A stretch of DNA of 32,000 nt from a bacterium (GTDB lineage Bacteria > UBP7 > UBA6624): positions 17,508 through 49,507 of the forward strand of contig PBAU01000013.1 of assembly GCA_002716355.1 (NCBI GenBank). Reading direction: 5' to 3'. The first letter of the stretch is position 1; each line of letters starts with the position of its first letter. Below are positions 9,161 to 16,303 of this stretch, one piece after another. A program made the position numbers and the translations under genes. The notes beneath the pieces were generated by a model that saw nothing but the letters and a program-made list of their open reading frames with translations, did not search any database and had not been told where the DNA came from.

Positions 9161-9607
9161 ATGATTGGAATAGTTTTAGGTTCACCCTCAGACAAAAAAA
9201 TAGCTGATAAGGGAATAGCAATTCTGGAGGATTTAAACATACCTCACAAGTTGTTTATTCTTTCTGCACACAGAACTCCTGACCTTTTGGAAAAAGCTAT
9301 TAATGAAAATGGCGATATCAAAGTATGGATTGGTTTTGCAGGCTTAGCTGCGCATCTTTGTGGTGTGATAGCCTCACATACAACAAAACCTGTTATAGGT
9401 GTTCCTGTTGCATCAGGGGCGCTTGCTGGCATGGATTCATTATTGGCAATGGTTCAAATGCCATCTGGTATACCTGTTGGTGTTGTGGGTATAAACAATG
9501 CAAAAAATGGCATGCTCCTAGCATGTCAAATATTAGGCATTGAAGATTCTTCAATATCTGAAAAAATAAAAAACCAGAGGCTCGAATCAAGAAAAAAATA
9601 TGGTTGA
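9161..9607 (+). CDS. purE: N5-carboxyaminoimidazole ribonucleotide mutase
   Basis: IGIVLGSPSD...ILSAHRTPD...GLAAHLCGVIASHTTKPVIGVPV...MPSGIPV are classic PurE motifs. Confidence 0.92.
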   Translation: MIGIVLGSPSDKKIADKGIAILEDLNIPHKLFILSAHRTPDLLEKAINENGDIKVWIGFAGLAAHLCGVIASHTTKPVIGVPVASGALAGMDSLLAMVQMPSGIPVGVVGINNAKNGMLLACQILGIEDSSISEKIKNQRLESRKKYG

Positions 9608-10142
9608 TAGATCAAATGATCGCATCTCTTTAAGAGTTGCTTATTTGATTACGGGTATACATGCTGTTCCCGGTTCTAATCTGCTGTTGCTTGAATCAAG
9701 TGATGAACCAGATTCTGTTATACCGGTGGTGATTGGTCATAGAGAAGCTGAGGCTATCCGAGAGGGTTTAACTCAAAACTATAAAGAAAGACCGTCTCCT
9801 TATGACCTGTTTGTAAATATGGTTGAAATAGCCGATCAGGAAGTGGTTGAAGTTTTGATTGACAAGGTAAAAAAGGGAGCCTATCATGCAAAAATCACAA
9901 TTGTTGTTAATGATAAAAAGATTCAACTTGACAGCAGAACTAGTGATGCAATATCAATTGCATTAAGAACTCATTCACCATTTTTTACAACAAGAGAAGT
10001 TTTTGAACTATCAAGAAGAGACAAATCTCAATACGCAGCCTTGATACAAAAACAACCAAAAATTACCAATGATGAAAAAGACGGATCAGAGTTTAAAGAC
10101 TTTCTTGATGAGGCTAACCTAGAGGAACTTCAAGAAGAATAA
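9600..10142 (+). CDS. Bifunctional nuclease family protein (DUF151/BFN)
   Basis: VIPVVIGHREAEAIREGLTQNYKERPSPYDLFVNMVE...YHAKITI...LDSRTSDAISIALRT matches the BFN family pattern. Overlaps the purE stop by 8 nt. Confidence 0.85.
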   Translation: MVDRSNDRISLRVAYLITGIHAVPGSNLLLLESSDEPDSVIPVVIGHREAEAIREGLTQNYKERPSPYDLFVNMVEIADQEVVEVLIDKVKKGAYHAKITIVVNDKKIQLDSRTSDAISIALRTHSPFFTTREVFELSRRDKSQYAALIQKQPKITNDEKDGSEFKDFLDEANLEELQEE

Positions 10143-10143
10143 T

Positions 10144-10233
10144 CGGAGAGTGTGGGATTCGAACCCACGATACAGCTCATCGCCGCATACACGCTTTCCA
10201 AGCGTGCGCCTTCGTCCACTCGGCCAACTCTCC
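10144..10233 (-). tRNA. tRNA-Ser (anticodon GGA)
   Basis: The reverse complement folds as a class II tRNA: acceptor GGAGAGT/ACTCTCC, anticodon stem CACGC/GCGTG with loop TTGGAAA, long variable arm, T-arm GTGGGTTCGAATCCCAC. CCA is not encoded. Confidence 0.93.
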
Positions 10234-10272
10234 AACGAAAAAATTCTACCCCCGTATACAATAAAAAACATC

Positions 10273-10422
10273 ATGAAGAAAAGTGAAAATTCAAACAATG
10301 ATAAAGATCAATACAGTGTAGGAATGATTGTTTTGAGCATGGCTTTTTTTGCCAGTGAAAATCCTGCCTTAGGTATTATTTTCTTGGTAGTTGCAATAGC
10401 CCCATCCTTAGAGAAAAATTAA
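10273..10422 (+). CDS. Possible small membrane protein (49 aa)
   Basis: Internal ATG of track ORF 10150..10422. The 5' part of that ORF overlaps the tRNA and is discarded. The remainder has a hydrophobic core (VGMIVLSMAFFAS...LGIIFLVVAIA). No SD. Confidence 0.25.
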   Translation: MKKSENSNNDKDQYSVGMIVLSMAFFASENPALGIIFLVVAIAPSLEKN

Positions 10423-10438
10423 AAATAAAACCCAAAAA

Positions 10439-11152
10439 CTACATCAAACCATACGAAATCATCTGCTGAGTTGCTAAGTTTGACCAACCTTTATTTGCTA
10501 AGGGACTTGCTGGTGATGGATGAAGCACTTTGCCAATTTCTACATTTCTATTTTTAAGAATTTTTCTTGCTTTAGATTCTGCATAATTACCGATCCCAAT
10601 AACCCACTTGCAATTCATAGCCATCACCAAATCTAATAAAAATTCACCACATAACTCTTCAAGAGCAAGCCTTTCGGTTAAATTTATTTTTTCAGGTGTA
10701 ATGTTCCTGCCTTGGGTGTCAAAAAAAGCCAATGGGCAATAATTATGCACAAAACAATTACAAAAAAAATTATCGGCATTGCTCCAGTTCTCCTCAACCC
10801 ACGCCCAAAACCTAGATCCTGAAACCTCCTGTCTGGAACAGGCAAAACCATCAATTGGCCTTTTGTTATGCTCTAAAGCTGGCTTGCCTATTTTTGTTTC
10901 AATTTTTAAAAAATTTTTAACAGGATGAATTGCGCCAAAAGGAATCCCTGTTTGGGCCATGCCCCAAGGTCCAGGATTCATGCCCATAAATAATATATCT
11001 TTTTGGCCGTTTCCATATTTTTTCAAATATAAACTATATGAATCAACAGCATACTCAATGGGGTTGTAAACAATCAGATCTCTATCAAAAATCAAATTAT
11101 TTAGATTGTTTGAAAAAATTTTGACTTTTTGCAAAATGCTATAACCAGTCAT
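10439..11152 (-). CDS. SMUG1-type (family 3) uracil-DNA glycosylase
   Basis: Similar to human SMUG1 along its full length as I recall that sequence: YNPIEYA, FMGMNPGPWGMAQTGIPFG, QEVSGSRFW, CFVHNYCPL, HPSPASPLANKGW. Confidence 0.9.
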   Translation of the reverse strand: MTGYSILQKVKIFSNNLNNLIFDRDLIVYNPIEYAVDSYSLYLKKYGNGQKDILFMGMNPGPWGMAQTGIPFGAIHPVKNFLKIETKIGKPALEHNKRPIDGFACSRQEVSGSRFWAWVEENWSNADNFFCNCFVHNYCPLAFFDTQGRNITPEKINLTERLALEELCGEFLLDLVMAMNCKWVIGIGNYAESKARKILKNRNVEIGKVLHPSPASPLANKGWSNLATQQMISYGLM

Positions 11153-12000
11153 AAAAACGTCAACTCTCCGTCTTCAGCAACACCAAAATGATTTTCTCTT
11201 AATTTTTTAAACTCACTACTTGACTTATCCAATAATGGATTTGTTTGATTGAGGTGAATAAATTTCAATTTTCTTTTCATTTCTACACTTAAATCTTTCA
11301 GATCTTCAATTAAATTTTCAACAAGTGGATGAGGCACTGAATTGATATTTCTTGAATCCAATTCTTTCCTGTTCCAAAATGTACCATCTAGATAAAACAC
11401 GTCTACTTCATGCAGTATCTTCAAAAAATCACCCTTCCATTTCTGCAAACTGTCACAATCAGGAAAATAACCAATTTTTCGGTCGCCTGTTGCTATAACA
11501 TAACCAAAAGTATCCCCTTTTGCCCTATGAGGAACCTTTACAGCTTTAGCTTTAATATTTCTAGTCAAATGAAACAAATTTCCTTCCGTTATCTTTTCAA
11601 AAAAAATATTTGTGTTGAATTCAAAAATGTCACAATACTTTTTAATTATTGAAATGTTGTCACAGCTTGAAAAAATTTTAAAATCTTGATGATTTAACCC
11701 TTCCTTGCTCAACCAACCAAGGCCCCCTATGTGTCCCCAATGGGTATGGGTAATGAGTATTCCTGAAAGAGGGTTTTTTGATAATTCTAAAAGTTTATCT
11801 AGCTGATAAGGCAAATGCGGAGTTGCATCTATCAAAAAACTTTTTTTCTCTATTCTGTCAACAATCCCCAAGCATGTTATTTTTTCTTTGATTATTGCAT
11901 TTTGAAAATATTCTTGCTGTTTCATGTTAAGAGAACCCACATGAGGGTAACCACCATCCTGCACAATACCTAAAACTATTCCAAAAAAATCTTTACTCAA
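11149..12000 (-). CDS. PqqB-like metallo-beta-lactamase-fold protein
   Basis: GIVQDGGYPHVG, ITHTHWGHIGGL, FYLDGTFWNRKEL and the C-terminal FIHLNQTNPLLDKSS...GVAEDGELTFL parallel PqqB (GGGFPQWN, LVDGTLW, IHINNTNPILDENS...VAFDGMSIEL). TTG start at 12000. ATGA overlap with the SMUG1 gene. Confidence 0.75.
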   Translation of the reverse strand: MSKDFFGIVLGIVQDGGYPHVGSLNMKQQEYFQNAIIKEKITCLGIVDRIEKKSFLIDATPHLPYQLDKLLELSKNPLSGILITHTHWGHIGGLGWLSKEGLNHQDFKIFSSCDNISIIKKYCDIFEFNTNIFFEKITEGNLFHLTRNIKAKAVKVPHRAKGDTFGYVIATGDRKIGYFPDCDSLQKWKGDFLKILHEVDVFYLDGTFWNRKELDSRNINSVPHPLVENLIEDLKDLSVEMKRKLKFIHLNQTNPLLDKSSSEFKKLRENHFGVAEDGELTFL

Positions 12001-12004
12001 ATGC

Positions 12005-12451
12005 TTATTGCTTCAAATCCTTTTTTAGGATTTCTTGGATTTTTGGTTCAGGTTTCCAGTAACCAGGACCCTTTAAGACTTTACCTCTGTCATCATAAAT
12101 AGGATTTCCATCCTGGTCCAACTTAGAGAAATTTGAATCCATAATAACATTCAAAATATCCTCCATTGGAAGACCCCAGCTTTGAGCCTGGGTGAAACAA
12201 TAAACAACTATATCCCCTAGCCAATCAGAAACTGCTGTAAGTATCTCAAGCTGTTCCTCCTTGGACAAATCTTTGCCTTTTTTACCCTTGTACATTTCGA
12301 AAATATCTTCAGCTTCCTTTACCTCTTCAAGAATAATATCTTGAAACCCCTCTAAAGTTTTCAATTCACGTAATCTTGGGCTTGAAGGCATATCAAGCTT
12401 ATACATACTGTTGAATTTTTTTATATCATTAATAAATTTTTTAGAAACCAT
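12005..12451 (-). CDS. MazG-like all-alpha nucleoside-triphosphate pyrophosphohydrolase family protein
   Basis: LEEVKEAED acidic metal-binding helix, DWLGDIVVY, and C-terminal SNFSKLDQDGNPIYDDRGKVLKGPGYWKPEP, typical of small MazG/HisE-like NTP-PPases. The ATG directly abuts the phoD TAA. Confidence 0.65.
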   Translation of the reverse strand: MVSKKFINDIKKFNSMYKLDMPSSPRLRELKTLEGFQDIILEEVKEAEDIFEMYKGKKGKDLSKEEQLEILTAVSDWLGDIVVYCFTQAQSWGLPMEDILNVIMDSNFSKLDQDGNPIYDDRGKVLKGPGYWKPEPKIQEILKKDLKQ

Positions 12452-13882
12452 TTACTCGTCAATCCTTTCTGCCGACCAAGAATACCGATATTCATTTTCA
12501 TCTGAGAACTTCCACTCTCCAAACATGAAATCCTGATTTCTGCTTAATGAAAATCGCACTTGCCCACTTTTTGGATTAGAGGAAGGGTTTTCCCATTCAG
12601 CTTTCAGAACAATTTTGTCACCAATACGTGTGACCAATCCTCTAAATGTTCCTATTGGCAATCCTGTTTCTGGATCGCTGTAACTACCTAAATAATATGT
12701 TTTTCCTTTTTCTTTCACTTTCTTAACCTGCATTAAACCATAAGAAGAGTCCCAATCACCTTCAAACTTAGGAGTAAAAAAATTTCGATATATAGATGAG
12801 CTGATAAGTTTCTTTTCGAGTGTGTATTTAGGATTACTCAGGCTGCTCAAATTAAAAGAATGAAACAACTTCTCCTCTCCTTCAACATTTATTATGCCCA
12901 GCTTTATCGTTGGGTCGCTGAGGTCCCAATCAATTTCAACAAATCCAAAATTTTTATCAAGAAAAGGTTTTTTTATTCTGTTTTTATTCGGAGCAACACC
13001 GCTCCAAACATTAGTTAACCCACTTGAAGTAAGGTCATAAAGAGGATAAAGCCCTTCTTTTTCAATCATGGATAACTCAGCCCAATGTGTGTCTCCACTT
13101 AAAAAAATTACGCCTTCCGCCTTTGTTTTTTGAATCAATTGGATCATTCTCTCTCTTTCTAACGGCATATTGGCCCAAGCTTCCCATCCATTAAACTCAG
13201 GAAGAAATTGAGTGCTCATGCCAAACAACCTAACCTTTGCTGGAATTTGAAGCTGTTCCTCAAGCCATTGCCATTGCTCCTCACCAAGCATTGTTGCTTT
13301 TTGATCGATTGTTGGAACATATGAACCCATAAATCTTTGAGACATGCGGTCATTTCTTGGGCTTGAAGAAAGCTTGGTGCGAAATGTCCTCACATCCAAA
13401 AGGATTAATTGCACTCTTTGTTCTGCAGGGCCAAAAAGATATGAATGATAAATTCCTGGATGTTGCCATCTTTCTGAATCGTTGGGTTCCTCGAAAAAAT
13501 CAAGCATTACCTTTTTGGATTCTTCTTTTTTGGGATACTCTAAACCTCCATCGTTGACTCCATAATCATGATCATCCCAGGTTGCAACAACAAATGAATT
13601 TCTTTTTAACATTTGATAACCGGGTTTTTGTCCAAGCTTCTCATATTGAGCCTTAAGATGATCCATATTTTCAGTATCACCATAAACATTATCTCCAAGG
13701 AACATGAAAACGTCAGGACCCCAATCATTAACTGCAGACCAAATAATCTGCTCTGCATTTTGATTTGCACAGGACCCAAAAGCGATTCTTGTGACCACTT
13801 TATCAAATGCTTCTTGTGCCTTTAATTCAAATAAATTAAACCAAACAGAGAAAACAAAAAATAATAAAAGTCTTTTACACAT
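12452..13882 (-). CDS. phoD: PhoD-family alkaline phosphatase/phosphodiesterase with a roughly 128-aa uncharacterised C-terminal domain
   Basis: FGSCANQ, FMFLGDNVYGD, WDDHDYGVNDGG and FLSGDTHWAE are PhoD-like metallophosphatase motifs. I start at ATG 13882 (MCKRLLLFFVFSVWFNLFELKAQ, a signal peptide). The longer track ORF to 14035 reads through an intergenic GC-rich repeat. Confidence 0.85.
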   Translation of the reverse strand: MCKRLLLFFVFSVWFNLFELKAQEAFDKVVTRIAFGSCANQNAEQIIWSAVNDWGPDVFMFLGDNVYGDTENMDHLKAQYEKLGQKPGYQMLKRNSFVVATWDDHDYGVNDGGLEYPKKEESKKVMLDFFEEPNDSERWQHPGIYHSYLFGPAEQRVQLILLDVRTFRTKLSSSPRNDRMSQRFMGSYVPTIDQKATMLGEEQWQWLEEQLQIPAKVRLFGMSTQFLPEFNGWEAWANMPLERERMIQLIQKTKAEGVIFLSGDTHWAELSMIEKEGLYPLYDLTSSGLTNVWSGVAPNKNRIKKPFLDKNFGFVEIDWDLSDPTIKLGIINVEGEEKLFHSFNLSSLSNPKYTLEKKLISSSIYRNFFTPKFEGDWDSSYGLMQVKKVKEKGKTYYLGSYSDPETGLPIGTFRGLVTRIGDKIVLKAEWENPSSNPKSGQVRFSLSRNQDFMFGEWKFSDENEYRYSWSAERIDE

Positions 13883-13895
13883 ACAGATTAATTTT

Positions 13896-13969
13896 ATACG
13901 CTTCGCCAGCGCGCAAGCGCATATACATCGCACATAATGCGATCGAACATGCGCGCAAGCGTATGTATA
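13896..13969. repeat. GC-rich direct and inverted repeat cluster in the phoD upstream region
   Basis: GCGCGCAAGCG-Y-AT-R-TA-Y-A occurs at 13909-13928 and 13951-13969, 42 bp apart. ATACGCTT (13896-13903) is the exact reverse complement of AAGCGTAT (13957-13964) and a near complement of AAGCGCAT (13915-13922). Confidence 0.5.
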
Positions 13970-14006
13970 AAGAAACCAACAACACTTATCCCAAGTATAT
14001 GTATTA

Positions 14007-14022
14007 GTGAATTTAAATTCAC
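14007..14022. promoter_or_regulatory. Perfect 16-bp palindrome, candidate operator in a divergent promoter region
   Basis: GTGAATTTAAATTCAC is its own reverse complement. It lies between the divergent phoD (start 13882) and the 14069 gene. Confidence 0.45.
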
Positions 14023-14068
14023 AGCCCTTTATCACATTGATTTTAGGGAATAATTAGGAGGTATATTT

Positions 14069-14614
14069 ATGTCTATAGACAAACTAAAAACTTTAGCACA
14101 AACTGCATTATTCATAGTTTTGGCAGTGGGAATGTGGAGAGTGTTAGATGCATCAGCAACATATATCATGAGTGCAGACAGTATGACTGGGCGTATTGAT
14201 GGAATTCTTGTTGAATACCAAACAGCTGTAGGTGACGTTGGCGACAAGCTAAACACAATGATGGATGCTCAAATTGAAGTAGTTGGAGCTATTGAACAAA
14301 GTGTTTCAGCTTCAACTTCACTAATTGAACAAAGCAAAGAAAGAATCACCTGGGCAGCAAACATGTCTGAAAATCTTTTTCCTGCAGAAGCGCAGACAAA
14401 TATCGGATCATTGTTAAGAATGGCTGTTGCAGCTTTGACTGATGCTATAACTTATCTTGTAGAAAACCCAGATGATGTCAATGGAGCATTAGAAGGTTTA
14501 TTTGCTGCTTGGAGGGAAGCGGCACCTATGAATACAATGGCTCAAGATTTACAAGATGCTGTAGATGGTTGGATGGGTACAACTATCGATCAAGTGGAAA
14601 CTTTAAACGAGTAA
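14069..14614 (+). CDS. Hypothetical N-terminally membrane-anchored, acidic, helical protein
   Basis: 181-aa ORF. Strong SD (AGGAGG about 8 nt upstream of the ATG). One N-terminal hydrophobic helix (AQTALFIVLAVGMW). A strong terminator follows. I recognise no family. Confidence 0.7.
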   Translation: MSIDKLKTLAQTALFIVLAVGMWRVLDASATYIMSADSMTGRIDGILVEYQTAVGDVGDKLNTMMDAQIEVVGAIEQSVSASTSLIEQSKERITWAANMSENLFPAEAQTNIGSLLRMAVAALTDAITYLVENPDDVNGALEGLFAAWREAAPMNTMAQDLQDAVDGWMGTTIDQVETLNE

Positions 14615-14630
14615 CGCTTGACTTTCGTTA

Positions 14631-14653
14631 AAAGGGAGGGCGACCTCCCTTTT
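14631..14653. terminator. Bidirectional rho-independent terminator
   Basis: AAAGGGAGG-GCGA-CCTCCCTTT: a 7-9 bp GC-rich stem with a GNRA tetraloop, flanked by A-run and T-run. It sits between the convergent stops at 14614 (+) and 14663 (-). Confidence 0.75.
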
Positions 14654-14662
14654 TAACATTCC

Positions 14663-16303
14663 TCAACTCACCTTCTTCTTCTTTAAAACCTGAAATGATT
14701 CTTGGATTATTAAAATTGCAAGAATGAAAATTCCTAAACCAACAGAGAAAGGTTCCCATTGTTTTTCAGTATAAAAAGTATTCAAATTAATAACCATAGC
14801 CCATATGGTCATCGAAAATAAAAACATCATGGGCCAATAGGTTAACCAAGTTGGTTTTTTTGTTTTTGCAAGCCAAACAGTTATGACAAGCAATGCTAAG
14901 CCCCCAAGCAACTGATTGGTTGTTCCAAAAAGAGACCATAACGTTAATCCAGCTGGCTTTCCGCCTATTTTCATAAATGCAAAAAATGCTATTGAAACTA
15001 TGGCAAAAAACCCAGCCGTATATTTGTTTTGCAGCTTAGAAAGGTTGAATGATTTACCAATTTCCTCTACGTTGTATCTTAAAAGCCTTGTAGCGCTATC
15101 TAATGTGGTCATAGCAAAAGCTATTGTGACAACAGCAACAAATGTTTGTGAAAACGTTACGTCTAAACCAAGCCCGGCAATCATATTGCCGCCACCAACA
15201 ATAAAAGATGACAAAGCACCTCCTTCTATAGAGTTCCAAACCATATAATTTTTATTCCAAAAATCCTCTCCAACTCCAGACGTGCAAGCAATTATCACCA
15301 AGATTGCGAACGCTCCTTCCAGCAACATTGCTCCATAACCAAGCATTTGGCTATCTGTTCTTTTTTCTAGCTGTCTAACAGTAGTGCCACTTGAAACCAA
15401 GCAGTGAAAACCTGAAATTGCCCCACACGCTACCGTAATAAACAGAAATGGGAATATAGATGGAGCCCCTTCAACAACTGGCTGTATTGCTGGAGCAACC
15501 ATTTGAAAATCCTGATTTCCGAAAAACAAACCTAGTGTAATTGCGCCTAAAAAAACATAAAGTTTGTAAGAGTTTAAATAATCCCTTGGTGTTAGCAGTA
15601 ACCAAACAGGTAAAACACTTGCTAACATTGCATAAACTAATAATATTGTTATCCATTGTTCCGAAGTGCCCCATTCGACAGGATTTTTGATACCAATCAA
15701 GATCAATCCTAGATTCAAACCTACACCTACAATTGAAGCAGGAACCAGCGGCACTCCCATTTTCTTCAACGCAGTTCCAAAAATCATAGCAACAGCAATC
15801 AATCCAAAAACAGGAACTATAACTTCATGGAATTTCCCAAAAAGTCCAGCAATCAATATCGCAAAAACACCCATTGCTAAAGCAAGTAAAAAGAAAATAA
15901 TAATTAAAAAAAGATTTTTTGCTCTTTTGCCAACAATTTCTTCTGTTATGTCGCCAATACCTCTTCCTTGATGATTCAAACTGGCAGCCAATGATCCAAA
16001 ATCATGGACTCCACCAATAAAAATTGAACCCAAAACAACCCAAAGCAATGCCGGTGCCCAACCCCAAATTACCGCAATTGCAGGACCTACAATTGGTCCT
16101 AAACCAGCAATGCTAGCAAATTGATGTCCAAATAAAATCCATCTGTTTGTTGGAACATATTCAACACCGTCATTCTTTTCTACAGCAGGAGATTTTTTAT
16201 TATCGTTTATTTGAAAAATCCTCTTTCTTAAAAACCCTCCATAAAATCGATATGCGATCAATAACAACAAAAATGAAACAATGGTGATGGTTGAGGCGTT
16301 CAT
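14663..16303 (-). CDS. cstA: Carbon starvation protein A family transporter (peptide/pyruvate uptake)
   Basis: AYRFYG, DGVEYVPTNRWILFGHQFASIAGLGPIVGP, LPVWLLLTPRDYLNSYK and FPFLFITVACGAISGFHCLVSSGTT all match E. coli CstA blocks. Confidence 0.92.
   Translation of the reverse strand: MNASTITIVSFLLLLIAYRFYGGFLRKRIFQINDNKKSPAVEKNDGVEYVPTNRWILFGHQFASIAGLGPIVGPAIAVIWGWAPALLWVVLGSIFIGGVHDFGSLAASLNHQGRGIGDITEEIVGKRAKNLFLIIIFFLLALAMGVFAILIAGLFGKFHEVIVPVFGLIAVAMIFGTALKKMGVPLVPASIVGVGLNLGLILIGIKNPVEWGTSEQWITILLVYAMLASVLPVWLLLTPRDYLNSYKLYVFLGAITLGLFFGNQDFQMVAPAIQPVVEGAPSIFPFLFITVACGAISGFHCLVSSGTTVRQLEKRTDSQMLGYGAMLLEGAFAILVIIACTSGVGEDFWNKNYMVWNSIEGGALSSFIVGGGNMIAGLGLDVTFSQTFVAVVTIAFAMTTLDSATRLLRYNVEEIGKSFNLSKLQNKYTAGFFAIVSIAFFAFMKIGGKPAGLTLWSLFGTTNQLLGGLALLVITVWLAKTKKPTWLTYWPMMFLFSMTIWAMVINLNTFYTEKQWEPFSVGLGIFILAILIIQESFQVLKKKKVS

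Noticed and set aside
10150-10272. 5' part of the 90-aa plus-strand ORF
   Set aside because: It overlaps tRNA-Ser(GGA) on the opposite strand. Only the portion after the internal ATG at 10273 could be real, and that has low confidence.
13883-14035. Cys-rich 51-aa N-terminal extension of the phoD ORF (MIKGCEFKF...CICACALAKRIKLIC)
   Set aside because: It reads through the GC-rich repeat and palindrome intergenic region. A proper signal peptide begins at the internal ATG at 13882, so the extension is an ORF-caller artefact.
14032-14256. 74-aa minus-strand ORF
   Set aside because: It is antisense to the well-signalled 14069..14614 gene, with no SD or motif.
14916-15971. Two roughly 100-aa plus-strand ORFs inside cstA
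   Set aside because: They are antisense shadow ORFs of a hydrophobic, codon-biased gene, while the CstA motifs on the minus strand are unambiguous. The same reasoning applies to the antisense ORFs at 898-1250, 3694-4376, 5508-5864, 29925-30546 and 30823-31217.
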